NCBI GenBank assembly: GCA_002633005.1 | Contig: NMRA01000567.1 | Location: 208,778-272,777 of the forward strand | Reading direction: 5' to 3' | DNA from: Phoronis australis | Lineage: Eukaryota > Animalia > Phoronida | Length of the DNA: 64,000 nucleotides | Shown: in pieces, positions 1 through 12,845 of the stretch | How positions within the stretch are numbered: the stretch's first letter is position 1 | Layout: every line of letters begins with the position of its first letter | Translations under genes and position numbers: made by a program | The notes under the pieces: generated by a model | Databases searched by the model: none | The model's input: only the letters and a program-made list of their open reading frames with translations | Told to the model about the DNA's origin: nothing

Positions 1-992
1 TAGCCAATCAGGTTGCGGGAACATGTTAACACAGCAGCAGTCTGCCATATTAGTCCCACAAACATTGAGTGTGAACAAAAGCGTTAAGATGGTTTCACAA
101 TGTACTTGGGACACTAGCAGTGCTGATCAACAATATTCGGAGTAGGAAGGAGGAAATGTTGGTATCATAACATGTAGGAGACTTGATGATTAGATGGCTA
201 TACGCATTGGATAAACCATACAATATTAACCAGTATCTATGGGTAAACAAGAATAAAGTTAAAGAAATTTGCTTTCATAATCTTTAATTCCTCGGATTGT
301 TTTCATCAGGAGTATCTAAACGTGAAATAACAATTTTAATCGTTTAAAAGTGTGGTTGGCAACGTGATTGATGAAAACATCAAGACATTTGTCGCTTGAT
401 CACTACTGGACTCTAAAAAAGATCCAGCCATGGTCAAATTGTGTGAAGATGTATTTTTACAATACTAATTTTGTGCTATGAAATAGATTACCGGAACACC
501 TCATTTTGTTGCCAAATGTAAAGAAATGTGAACCAACATGATTATTAAATGAAGGTTGCTGTGTCAATGGACACTACAATGTTTGGCATCAAGAATATAG
601 CACTTTGAATCATTACAACCCATTTTGATGACACTGCTCTGTTATAGCAACAGTTTTATTGAACTTTGATCAAACACGTATTGTAGATAGGCTGTTGCTG
701 TATTGACTTTGCACTTGTGAGACTAGGCAACGGTAATTATGGAAGGTGTGGTCTGTCTTTGTTGGAACCGTCCACTACAACTGTGGTAAATGAAGAAATA
801 TCTAATGAATAAAGAAGTTTCATTTCACTATGAGCTAAGAAGTGGTCTTGTTTGCTGAGAATTTGAATTACGGATATTTGGGAATATCATTAACATGATT
901 TTTGTAGTTCAAGATAGCAAATTTTCTCCATACTTAATAATGGTGCAGCTGACCTTCGTTTACTTTACGTTTTGTCTCCATAATTATTTCAG

Positions 993-1082
993 GTCATATT
1001 GGAATACATGTTCCTGATGTCAACAAGGCATGCGACCGGTTTGAAAAACTTGGTGTGAAGTTTGTGAAGAAACCCAATGATG
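993..1082 (+). CDS. GLO1: Lactoylglutathione lyase (glyoxalase I), penultimate coding exon
   Basis: AG/GT-bounded 90-bp exon translating [30 protein letters not shown](G), matching recalled human GLO1 [31 protein letters not shown]; phase-compatible with the next exon. Confidence 0.95.
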
Positions 1083-2216
1083 GTTGGTTCTTTGCCCCGT
1101 TTGTTTAGGTTTTTAAGAAATCATTTCCCTCTGTTCCTTTTTAGGAAGAATGCTCTTATTATAGAGAGGATGTTCCCAGTTTCAAATGAACTCAGGAACA
1201 CAAAAGGAGAATGAAGAATAGTAGTTCATTATGTCAAGGAGAAAATTGTAACTCCACTCGCATGTCGTTGCAGGCCATCTTGATTCATAATATTTTTTCT
1301 TTCTCTGCAATACTTTGAAAACTCAAGTTTTGAAGCAGTTTTCGTCAGTATTGACAATATACTGCCACAGTTAGGAAATCACTTCCAAATTGTCCCATAG
1401 TTAGTCGAATGTAGGTAAGGTCAAAAAGGGTAGTTGGTTCTGGTCTGCACTCATGTTGAGATCTGTGCTGACTTAAAAACTGCTCACCTGAATCAATTTC
1501 AGTCAATGTGTCGTTGTTTTGAAAAGCTGCTCAAAGGCACATAAATAAGGTTTGAAATTACGTGATTTGTGACGCGATGAGTAGAAAAGCATCACACATT
1601 ATTTTTACTGGTATCAGGTGGATTTACTTTTTTTGAAAAAGTAAGCACCCAAAAATATGGCACTGGCTCAATTTTCAAAAAACAAACAGACCGCAATCAT
1701 TTAATGCTAATCCCTGGCTTGAAATGAACCGAGCTCCTCATTGTTAGAGAGCAGAATCTACAAGTTGTCTTCTTCTGTAGCAAGTCATTGTATGCGCTGA
1801 GCATGGTGACGCGCAATAACAAAGTGTCCGACTTTTCCAAGTGCCAAAACTACTTCTCATGTGAGGAACAAGTTGAGATATGTTTTAAAGCATTGGGTGG
1901 TCTCAGTCATAATTTAGTTTCTTTAACGGAACATGATTTTATAGCTGCCTTTGTTATGGGCTTGTACACTAAGTGTAGACAAAACACGGATTTCACACTT
2001 TGTAAGCAATGTTGTCTTGTTTATCAAACATAAGTAACAGACTATGATGTATTGCAGTTTTATCAGATCTGCTATGTTCTAATTCGCTTGTGTAACACTG
2101 CTGAATTCCTGTATTTCTGATTCTTTATTGGTTGTGAAGACCTGCATTCATTAAAATTGTTGAAATCATTACTAAAATAATGACACTGTACTAGAATGTT
2201 AACTCCTTGTTTTTAG

Positions 2217-2308
2217 GTAAAATGAAAGGGCTGGCCTTCATTCAAGATCCAGATGGTTATTGGATAGAAATTCTCAACTCTACTAACATGGCGACTACAG
2301 GACCTTGA
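2217..2308 (+). CDS. GLO1: Lactoylglutathione lyase (glyoxalase I), last coding exon
   Basis: tttttag acceptor, then (G)[29 protein letters not shown], the conserved GLO1 C-terminus. Upstream exons lie outside the window. Confidence 0.95.
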
Positions 2309-2893
2309 AGGAGTGCGCAGACATTTCAGTGAAGGTTCAATCTATGCCTGCTATTCTCATCACTTGGTGTGAAGATGCGACTGCTTTTCAGTATCAGGAA
2401 CAGGGTCTTATCTTAGGGTCAAGTTATTATGGTCATATTGGCAGTCGGATTGTTTCAGATTAAAATGTTGACAGATTCTTGCGATCTGTATCATGTCTGG
2501 TTCTTTATGCAATAATTCATCGAACCTAATCTAAGCCTGTTATTTACCAGAATTATGTATATTTGACTTTTATGAAATNTGACAGCAGTAAATGAACATA
2601 GTAACACAATAGAGAAAAAGACAGGTTATGTTCAGGATTCAAGGTGAACCATTTTATGCTCATTAACATTTGTGCTTTAACTACTAAAACTTGAAAAATC
2701 TTCATTTAACTGATTTAAAATAAAAAACAGCTTCAAGCATTTCCATGCTGCCTTCTAATTTCAAAGTCTGAGCAATCTTGGCAAAACCATGGCCCTTTTA
2801 CCCTTAGCTTGTAATACAAATTGGAACCTTGTATAGACGCGAGTTAATTCACAGCAGAGCAGAGACATCAAGCGTCAAAAGCCGAGCACTCAC

Positions 2894-2975
2894 CTTTGTT
2901 GACCAGTTGTGGTGATAACCCAGTGTGGCCCAGCGCAAACGAAGCATCAGCTCCTGATTTTCACCTGACTCATAC
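2894..2975 (-). CDS. ALKBH1: ALKBH1 exon 4
   Basis: tgcag acceptor and gtgagt donor; YESGENQELMLRLRWATLGYHHNWSTK matches the ALKBH1 motif LRWVTVGYHYNWDSK; phase 2 entry fits exon 3. Confidence 0.92.
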
Positions 2976-3221
2976 CTGCAATCAACCAAGATTAGAAGGA
3001 CTTATCACCTTGATTTTTGAAATTGATGAACTTGATTTCCTACATTTCTTGTAGTCATAAAAATAACAACCCAGCTAGTTATACCAAACTCATTTTAAGA
3101 ACACCCGAATGCATCTCACCATCTCAACATCTTGGTGAAACCGGTTGGGGGCAGAGATTAAAAGACAACTGTGGCTCAAACATGTCGCGAACGCGACTAT
3201 TTGCTACTAAAAAAACAACTG

Positions 3222-3333
3222 CAGCCGGTCTGATACACGTTGTACCAGACGTGCGCAGGCTTCGCATATGGGCCCATAGCACAAATCACCTGGAACTGTT
3301 TTTTTGCTTTATTAATATATGGTTAAAACCGAG
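3222..3333 (+). repeat. Dispersed repeat, with an inverted copy at ~35697-35810
   Basis: Near-identical GGTCTGATACACGTTGTACCAGACGTGCGCAGG...ATATATGGTTAAAA at both loci; both spurious ORFs read GLIHVVPDVRR. Confidence 0.8.
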
Positions 3334-3345
3334 CTGAGGAGCTAA

Positions 3346-3445
3346 AAACCTGGCTCAAGGGTTTAGCAGTGTGACCTGGTGGGACTCGAACCCACCACCT
3401 CGAGTACAGAAAGGGGGCACTTATCAACCAGGCCACACTGCCTCC
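3346..3445 (-). mobile_element. tRNA-derived SINE head
   Basis: Minus strand has A-box-like TGGCCTGGTTG and B-box GGTTCGAGTCC, followed by a CCCTTGAGC core typical of SINE bodies; no intact cloverleaf. Confidence 0.65.
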
Positions 3446-4724
3446 TCTTATTTGCTACTAGGGTTGAGTACCAGTTCCTAACACATACTATACTAACAAC
3501 AGAAATGAAAAATACCATACACTATCAAAACAAAAAGTACTTCTTGCCTCATTCCATACCTTGAAAATGAAAATTGAAAGTGTGGCTGAATAAATAGTTC
3601 CGAAGTTTAATTCTGTCAACTGACAAGAAAGAAACCTGCATAAAGTCAAACTAAAGTGAAGAGTAACACCATAACTTCATTTTGTTTCACAGAGACTGCT
3701 TGGTTCTGAAGGTCAGCCAAAATGTCGTATACTGTCATAGTTTCAACTAGAAAAATCTAACAATAACCTAAACAACAATGACGGAAGATGGAATTTTTGT
3801 TTCATTTTCGAAGTTTAGTGTGTGCTACACTTATTCTTCTAACATGTCGTAGCTAACATCGCTTAAAACACCAAATATGTTCATAGTTTGTAACCTTGGT
3901 TCATTGATAATATTTGGCACCTGTACCTAACGAGTATTGGCATCAAATTGACAGTATCGGTACACTACCCAGCCTTAACTGTGACATCCATAAGGGCCTT
4001 ACTCAGAGCTTACAAGGCTCAGTCGGTTCACATTCAAGATCACCCTTACAAACACCACTTTTTCTCCAACTCCACGTTAATTCTTTAATGCAGTATACTT
4101 CATAAATCACTTGAATATTAGATATTTTAATGCCCAGGGATATCTTTAGAATCAAGATTTTCTCAACCAAAAAATATGGAAGTCAGAGTAACATTTATGT
4201 GCATTCACAGTTCATGCACAATGAAGGTGGTTCTAGTCTTCACTATGCACGGTGGTCTTCTGGTCCTTTATGTTAACAGGTCGAGTAAAAAGATAACTTA
4301 TTTTCTTAACCCACACACAAAACATAATTGTTGTACATGAACATTTACAAATACACATCTTCTAGCAGGGGATTAGAAAAAAATTGAAAGTAAGGTAATA
4401 TTCAAATTTAAGATCAATATGTTTCTCCATTCTTCAGGCCAGTAGTTATTTCTGCTTTGTTTTGTGCATCATCAGACGTGACCACAAAATTAATACTCAA
4501 AACATAGGTTGATTAAAACAATATAATTACAAATTTAAAAAATATATCAGGAAAAAATGGTTTGTCATTTCAAAACTTCATACCACTATGAAGCTCGAAG
4601 ACCAACCATTTTTTCCTTAAAACTTCAAAAATATGGAAAAATTCCCTGCATAAGATGATGGCCTTATACTGAAACATACGGACATATTATCCAATGGGCA
4701 AGATTTTATGATAACAAAACCCAC

Positions 4725-4869
4725 ATTTTCCACACATCATCCTGTTCATCAAGGTTCATATGAGCGTCCAGATTCCTGTGGTTCGGCATGCGTGTGAAGT
4801 CTACGAGGCATCGATTGGTCCAGCGTTGTTGCCTGCCTCGTCTGAAGGGATTCACAATGAAGGTGAACC
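4725..4869 (-). CDS. ALKBH1: ALKBH1 exon 3
   Basis: ttccag acceptor and gtgggt donor; GFTFIVNPFRRGRQQRWTNRCLVDFTRMPNHRNLDAHMNLDEQDDVWK aligns with GFIFIPNPFLPGYQWHWVKQCL...NVCNLDKHM. Confidence 0.92.
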
Positions 4870-5785
4870 CTGGAAACAAGTTCACGTATTAAGAAACCAA
4901 CAAAGTAGAATAAATTTCTATAACGTTAAACAGAAAATGTCTCATTTGTTGTTGAAAACTAGTAAACACTAAAGTTGTTTAAGACAAACTTAATTCCCGA
5001 TGACTATAAGTCACAGAAGAAAATATCAATCACGCTTGGTAAAATTAACCATAATTTCAATTCAAAAATACTACATAACATCAAATTTACCATTCACCAT
5101 AATTCTCCAACAAATATTTTTTACACCAACCACTGCAATACTAAAGAACAAGATACTTGAATAAAGTTGAACATTTTGTGCTTGAAGAGAATCACATTAA
5201 CCAAGTAAATTGTGAAAATCTCCTGTACAACATCCGAGATCATGTACAAAAAGAAATTTTCCAACCGATTTTCTTAAGAATTCTTTAAGAACACTACGAA
5301 CAATATACTATTGAGTTCTTCACTTTAAGTGATTTCAACAAAGCTCTATCAACAATCATGTAGGTACTCTTTGCAGTTCTCTGAGGAGACTCAGGGGGAG
5401 CTATTGCACCAAGTTCCTGATTATGACCCATGGGGATCCATCGTCAAGCTGCTCTCCAGGAGTCGAAGTCTTCCAACCTGCTTATTTTTTCTCAAGAAGT
5501 TGGAAAGACTGTTAAACCTTAATCTTGTGATTTCCACCAGGCAAGTTGTGTGCCTATCAAGTAGAGGGCTTTGAAGCCTCTTGAGGAATCTCGGTTTCTA
5601 TGCCACAATTGAAGAAGTTTGAGCATGTAACGTGGCCAATGATGTTTGGATGCTGTTTGGAGTGCTGAGCAATTACCTACTAAATAGCAAACCTATCAAG
5701 CAAGAAGGTAATTTTCCCCAAATAAACCAACTATTTAGCCGTAGCCCTGCACAGATGTAGTCCAATCATACAACATGAGTTATAC

Positions 5786-5879
5786 CTGGGAAACCAGAAA
5801 TGTTAAACACCTTCCACTCATTTGCAGGTAGCAGGTCTTCATGACACTTGTCCGTTGACAGCAAATGCCGTCTGGTAAC
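5786..5879 (-). CDS. ALKBH1: ALKBH1 exon 2
   Basis: AG/GT-bounded 94 bp; VTRRHLLSTDKCHEDLLPANEWKVFNISGFPG resembles LQPVSKWQAYGLKGYPG; phases 0 and 1 consistent with neighbours. Confidence 0.88.
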
Positions 5880-7002
5880 CTATAAGTAAAAGTGAAACAG
5901 ATCAACACAATACACAGCTATGTATGAAATCAAAGCAAAGTTTCGATCAGTCTCTTCAGTCTGTCTGTGTTGCCTGCTGGCAGATGAGGATCTTTCCTAT
6001 AATCCTCGCGCTCTTCATTAAAACACTCAGGCAACAAGTCGCCATTAACTTTTTTCAGCGCGCATGACAACCACACAGTTAGGCAAGGAAAAGTGCGAGA
6101 TTGAGTGAAGTGCGTGACCTTGCATGGGACACTTGCAAAATGTAGCATGGGAAGATATCTAGCGGAATATGCACGGTTTCTGTACCTTGGACTATTTGTT
6201 CGTCAACAGGCATGATTTTGCCTAACATCCTCGAGCGAATCGCTACAGGTTTTTATAAAGATGTTCAAATTATGTTGACTAAATTGTCTGCAGAGTCATG
6301 GAATGTGTTAATTATGACTCAACACCATAGGAATTCAAACCCTTGGGACCGTAGCTCAGGCTCGGGGACGACTGACCTCGGTCAATTTGACTTTTGAAGA
6401 GCGACGCTCTGCTTGGGTGTCGGCAGTTTAGTTCAGTTTTTGCCCCCCAGATGACTCCTTCCATTCAGCATGGCGATATCTCTGAACGGGGAATAGTGCG
6501 AGCAGAAATTTGACAAAATTTGATAAAATACTAAGGAAATGGGGTAGGAGACACTTACGTGTATTAATGGAATGATGACGATGCGAGGATCATGCAACCA
6601 ATACCAAAATCATGTGCGTACGTCAATGTCATCATATTGTAAACAATAACCAAGAGTTTTCGCAAAAAAAGTCTTGGGCTGTGACCATTCGCCTAGGCAA
6701 ATCACACGGCATTAATATCCACCAGCTCAGTTCCAACACGTCTACGTCGTTTGTTTTTTACTGCTAGAGCACAGATGCAAACCAGATTCCACAAACAGCT
6801 GCAGATACTAATATCGTATGTGGGCTGCCAGCATGAGAGTGGAGTATATCAACCATTTGGCCAAGGGCCAATTGCGATTTAGAGTTTTATACCAATCTAC
6901 ATCGCACCCGGAAATTACGTGTCAATAACACTGTGTAAGTGTAACAACAGCCTTGTTTCAGCAGACAGTGCAACTCCAGAATTGACAGTGGGAACCACTT
7001 AC

Positions 7003-7149
7003 TCTATTATCTTTGACAAGCCTAAAGTCTATTACGTCCGATAGGTCTGCGGGTGGTCTTCTCCGTTTTAATTTTTTGAAAACTACTTTAAAATTGTCAT
7101 TTGTGTCGTCTGCAGTTTGATCTTGTTCAGAGTACAAGGCGGCTGACAT
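7003..7149 (-). CDS. ALKBH1: ALKBH1 (nucleic acid dioxygenase) exon 1
   Basis: ATG at 7149; MSAALYSEQDQTADDTNDNFKVVFKKLKRRRPPADLSDVIDFRLVKDNR then gtaagt; matches ALKBH1 N-terminal DAFRKLFRFYRQSRPGTADLEGVIDF. Confidence 0.9.
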
Positions 7150-7327
7150 CTTGGATTGCCGGAAGTTCACGAATACCGTTAAATAAAACTACCGAATTGT
7201 TTAAATCAATATGCATCTCCAAAGTTTTGGAAATGTTTTGTATTACGTTTTTGTATATACTTCAGTTTTTCTTGGCTACTAATTCGGAATATTTACTTTT
7301 CCGGAAATGCACGAAGTAAAAACCAAT
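7150..7327. promoter_or_regulatory. Bidirectional promoter between ALKBH1 and SLIRP
   Basis: 178 bp between divergent ATGs; ETS/GABP-type CCGGAAGT (~7159) and CCGGAAAT (~7301). Confidence 0.75.
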
Positions 7328-7385
7328 ATGTCGGCTTCCAGGTTAAAAATTTACGTGGGGAACTTACCTTGGACTGTCGGTCGTA
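7328..7385 (+). CDS. SLIRP: SLIRP (mitochondrial RRM protein) exon 1
   Basis: MSASRLKIYVGNLPWTVGR then gtaagt; RNP2 motif with the SLIRP-typical LPWT. Confidence 0.88.
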
Positions 7386-7791
7386 GTAAGTGTTAAACAG
7401 TTCAACATATCTGTTAAACATATCGTGGGTTATTAGTTACAATGATCCCATACTCTGGGAATTTTTTGCTTTTAATATGTCTGCTCAGAGGAGGACACTG
7501 GATCTCAAATCCGTTGGTGGATCTTATATTAAGGTGCCAGAGCCAGAGCCAGTGGTGAAGTAATACGTAAGACTCCGTATGAGACAGTCAGTCAGTAACC
7601 AGTCCCAGGCTGCCTCCCAGGTAGGCACGTATCCCCTCAGTTAGTACTGTTACAGCCCAAAGTGATGCCTGTGCCTGGTACTTTTCAATTTGGCGTGAGT
7701 TGGTCGACCCAAACTGTAGCCTTGGTGTACCGTGTATGCTAAAAAAATGATCAGATAAAATGTGACACAAAATTAGTGTCATTAAAAACTG

Positions 7792-10397
7792 CACCCTTCC
7801 TTGAGTAAACTAAATCATATACTGGTGTTGGAAAATTGGCGTTCTACCGTTATTCTGCAGCTAAAGCTTTGGAGCGATCTTTTGCGTTGGCTCTCGGCGC
7901 CATGAAATATTGCGTCACCAGTTTCTTGTTTCGCCAATTCTTCATTCAACTATTCTTTTTCCACGAGGTTGCGTACATGTCACCACAAATTTTTGGAACT
8001 AGTTTATTTCATTACAAGTTTTCAATGTTTTAATACCAGCAAACCGAATTCCACAACAAATTTTTTGCTGACTGCGAATGTCGCAAAATTTTAGTAAATG
8101 ACGCATGCGCGTGACACAAGCGCACTGTTTTCAAATCGATGACATACTTTTCATTGTTACAAAAGGCGAAGAGTTATGCAAGAAAATTACGTTTGTTCGT
8201 TTGTTGCATTGTTTTCAATTAAACGGCTGTAACTGGCAAGGTGAGTGTCGGTTTACTCCCAGATTTTGCATGCACCCGGCCATCCGGTCTTTAGCTCTAC
8301 ATGTTGATACAGGTTTCATGGTGAGGTAACAAGGAGAACTACCCTGGCTGGGTGCAATTTCGGGGTCTACGGAAGATTAACACACAGATGTACCTAGCTG
8401 TATTTTGACGTTAGTCTTCATACAGCTAGCTGGCTGGCTGGCCAAACTGATGCCTGCGCAAACGGACGTTATCGTAACTTCCCAAGTTACTGCCAGCAAG
8501 ATTAAAAAACGGACAATCGCTGCTTCAGTTTTTGAGCTATTTAATGGTTACCAGAACTGAATTTGACGACAAAGAGTGCGAGCTCTGTGGTGTGTAATAA
8601 TTTTTCAAGACACTTCCCTAATGTGATTAATCCTTATGACCTGCATACATGAGTACTCATTGTCGTCAATTTCAGTTCTGATAACTGTTAAAAACCATTA
8701 GCCTCTGGCAATAATTTGGGAACTTATGGTATCTTTAGTTTGGCGCAGGCATCAGTTTGGCTCACCAACCGGTGCCGCATTGAAGTGAGTCAAATCAGTT
8801 TGGCGCAGACATCAGTTTGGGCTGCAACACCAGCACCACAGGCACCTTTAATAAACCGCTCGTGTGATGTGCAGAATGGAACAAGTTGTGCTGCGCATTA
8901 TGTTGACTTCTGCGATATGCGGATGACGTAACCAAAACCGGGATAAAACCATATACTGCGCAGTCCCATTTGTGGAGTCCTAAAACGTGGAACAATATAG
9001 GAATTGTTCCGATTTACGGGTAATAGAACAGGAAATGCAAGTGTATAATAATAATTCGATGATAATTGTCCAAAATTATTCGTTTTCCATTAATTAATAG
9101 ATTTTGGTCATATTTCCTGTATTTTTTGGATAATTTCGTGATGTCCCTTCTGAACGCTGATTTTATTCTAAACATACTGTAATAAATGTATATATTATAG
9201 AACATAACAACGAGTGGCTGACGAGAATGCCTGTTGAGAGTGTCTGTAGTACCGTCGGGTGCCTTACCACCATAAAAGGTTACTGATGTCAAAATATGAA
9301 GCGAAAAGGAAACATGAATACACACATTGTGTTAGAATTAATACGTACTATGCCTCTGGAGGCAATTTAGTCAACATAATTTGAACATATCCATGAAAAT
9401 CTGTTGTGGTTCACTCAATTGAGCTTCCTTCACTGGGTGCCATTTTGAAGAACTTTCATGAAATCAAGCTTGTTGACAAACAAAAACTCCAAGGAATTCA
9501 AATCTTGCCTTCTGAAGGAGAAAACTGGTTCTCAAAATACAGGAGCCACCTATGTGACTTCTACCGAATTGGTGATGGAAAATTAACGTTATTATAAACT
9601 AGACTCTTTCTTGTCTAAATGAAATTAGTTACCAGAAAATACCAGTGCTGTTCTACTGTTATTCTGTTGCTAAATTTGTGAAGCAATCCTATGTGTCGGC
9701 TTTCAGTCCCATGAAATAAAGCATAGCGTATTGGTCAATTTCTTTTTTCACTGATTTTTCAATCTTGAAACTTTTCTTCCACACGCGTACTGTTTTCAAG
9801 TATATGACAGCCTTTTCTTTTTGACAAAAGCCGTTGAATTATGCACGAGAATTGTTTTTACTTAATAAATGGCTGTAATGAGGTATTTGAGTGTCAGGTG
9901 ACACCCAGGTTTTGCATGCTCCCCTGCAGGTGGTTAACTGTACTTGTTGATATAGGTTTCACGTCTAGCTTACGAGCAGGACTAACCAGGGCTGTTTGAA
10001 ATTTCAAGGTCTATGTACCAATATGGTTAAAACATAGTGGTTCCTAGTTTTAATTTGTTGTTTGACCTCATACAGCTAGCTAGTTTTTCGTTTGATCAAT
10101 GAAATCATGGACTAAGCCATTTCTGTTTTAAATACATCTGTGCGCATGTCTATAGCATGCTTGAACTTGACCACCACGGTTGCACCTCTCATACTAGTAC
10201 CAGGATAAAATGTCATCAATGACAAGTGAAAAGACATATTGTAAAGAAATCTTAAATATTGGAGTATTTGTTCGAGTTGGAAAGAGTTTGAGACATTGAC
10301 AGCCTCCAAAAGTGTCCGGCCAGCTAGCTGTATGAACACTAACACAAAATGCTACGTAGGAATTAGTAAATGTACTTGCTTTACTCAAGGAAGAATG
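7792..10397. mobile_element. Non-autonomous DNA transposon relic in SLIRP intron 1
   Basis: Terminal inverted repeats CACCCTTCCTTGAGTAAA / TTTACTCAAGGAAGAATG; diverged internal direct repeats (~8120-8430 vs ~9780-10085); internal foldback at 8440-8762. Confidence 0.6.
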
Positions 10398-10769
10398 TAA
10401 GATAGATAAGACTTTATTCCAGACATACATAGCATCTACGCAAAAAATATGAATGAGCTCCTAGTATATAGTTTTTAATCATTAATTTACCCTCATAATT
10501 CCAAGGTTGCATAGTTATGCAGTTTTATACCAAAGCCAGGCTAAGGCGAGCCAGTGAGCAAAGAGAAACTCAATTACCCTCAGGAACACCACGCCAAATA
10601 TAACTTTTTGGAATCAGTTCGGTGGTTCTCAAATTCTTTATTACCGTTCACTGTTGACTTTTTGGATGAGGAAGTTGCAGCCCTATAATACTCTGGGGGG
10701 AGGACATTATATTGCTGATTGCTGTCCTTTTGGTGACTATGTTACCAAAAACATTTATTTTACTTTCAG

Positions 10770-10828
10770 AGGAATTGAAAGATTACTTTTCCCAGTTTGG
10801 CTTTGTCAAGTCATCTAATGTAATGTTT
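10770..10828 (+). CDS. SLIRP: SLIRP exon 2
   Basis: tttcag/gtaagt-bounded; (K)ELKDYFSQFGFVKSSNVMF. Confidence 0.9.
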
Positions 10829-10975
10829 GTAAGTAATGCTTTTATTACCGTCTTTTATTTATCGTTTTTAGAAGCAAGTATTTAGAATCACCTGTACAGT
10901 TAAAGCATAGGAAACTGCAGTAAAATCTCACTATTAAATCAATAATACAATGTGGCGGACAAGTAGAATTTTATT

Positions 10976-12371
10976 ACTTGGCGGAATTTTTCCGCCAAGT
11001 ATGTTGGTCTGACAGCAAGTTTTTTTTTTGTTCGCTCTCTACAGGTCGCAATTTTGGTCCGATTTTCACGAAATTTGCACACAACATGTAGATCCCGAAG
11101 TACTGGAACGCTATTGTTTTTGGTCATGATCGGATACAAAATGGCGGACGTGGCGGCCATTTTGTATCCGATTTCACAGTCAAATACTCGTAGAGGCCGC
11201 ATTTTTCAACCTAAAAAGCTGAAAACCGGTACGGATATACTATAACGCATGTGCTACAACTGTGCAGAAAATTGTTGACTTCCGGTTCAAGATGGCTGAA
11301 ATATTGGACGTGGCGCATGCGCACCCCGAAATATGGCTAAAAACGTTTTCTCCTGTAGAGGGCGCAATTGCAAACCAATCCCTTTCAAACTGGTCACGTG
11401 TTTGTTGGGTTTAACAAGCTTTTAGAAAAAATTATTGGACTGGAAGTCACTTTCAAGATGGCGGCTGTGGCGCATGTTCACACGGTTTCAATCGCTCTGG
11501 TGTCGCATTTTTTATGGGAAGAGCAAATGACGTGAATTTTTGCATGTGGATTCCTTGAAGTATGGCCTTTCAAAAAGTCTGCGAGAGCGTCTGCGAGAGC
11601 GTATTTCTCAGACTTACCGTTTTCGAGTTATTTGACTTTGAATTTCAAAAAAACGGCAAATTTTCAATTTTCTCGAAATTTTTTTGGATTTTTGCCAAAC
11701 TACCACTTAAGATAGAGTTTTGAACGGGCTTTCAGGAGATATTTTCCATTTTGCGCTACGATGTCTACTTTTTGAATTATTCGAGATTTTCGGATACCGT
11801 TGTTCCTCCAGTCACACGCAGCTGGCTGGCTTTCAGTTCACTTTGTTTTGGTTATGCCTAGTTGACCCAGAATGACCCAGCCAGCACTCTCCTACTGTAA
11901 AGCATGCCTCGTCCGTAATGTTGCGCCATCTATTGTTCTTTATTGTAGTTGATTGTATGCTCTATCAAAGTACGTAGAGTTGTGGACGGGCTTTCAGATG
12001 ATATTTTCCATTTTGCGCTACGTCTACTTTTGAATTATTCGAGATTTTCGAATGCCGTTGTTCCTTCGGTCATCTATGAAAGGACGCAGCTGGCTGGCTT
12101 TCAGTTCACATTATTTTGGTTATGCCTAGTTGACCCAGACTGACCCAGCCAGCACTGTCCTACTGCAGACTGGACCGTCATGTTGTGCCATCTATTGTTC
12201 TTTATTGTAGTTGATTGTATGCTCTCTATTTGATTTCTTCGCTAGTCACATGAATGTTATCGTGTTTGCCAAACTACCACTTTAGATAGAGTTTTGAACG
12301 GGCTTTCATTCTTTATTGTAGTTGATTGTATGCTCTCTATTTGATTTCTTCGCTAGTCACATGAATGATAT
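10976..12371 (+). mobile_element. Helentron-associated (HINE/DINE-like) non-autonomous element, cut off at the N
   Basis: Starts in a T-run with palindrome ACTTGGCGGAA-TTT-TTCCGCCAAGT; internal ~260-bp tandem duplication; absent from the second copy of the flank after N12372. Confidence 0.6.
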
Positions 12372-12372
12372 N

Positions 12373-12529
12373 TGTAATGTTTGTAAGTAATGCTTTTATT
12401 ACCGTCTTTTATTTGTCGTTTTTAGAAGCAAGTATTTAGAATCATCTGTACAGTTAAAGCATAGCAAACTGCAGTAAAATCTCACTATTAAATCTATAAT
12501 ACAATGTGGCGGACAAGTAGAATTTTATT
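12373..12529 (+). repeat. Second copy of 10819-10975 (probable alternate haplotype, empty site)
   Basis: 157-bp copy with 4 substitutions, starting immediately after the N and including the SLIRP exon-2 donor. Confidence 0.85.
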
Positions 12530-12845
12530 TTTATTTTTTTTCATGAAAGATAAATTGCGCCTACTGATACTTGAGAATTTCCAAGGTCAACCATCAGATA
12601 ATGTTTTGAAAAACTGGGGATTCACAAGGACTTTAGAAGCCTGTGAAAAAATAAAAAAGGTAAATTTTGGCAATTATCTTTGTCTGAAATTGGTGCGACA
12701 TCACCATAGACCCATCATTGTCAATCAACGATTATCAGGCATCAGTCACCCTTATGGTATCAATAATGCTTGGCTGTAGCCCAACTCAACTGGTGATTTT
12801 ATCACACCATTCCTATATGATGCCCATTGTGCATGTATTTGACAG

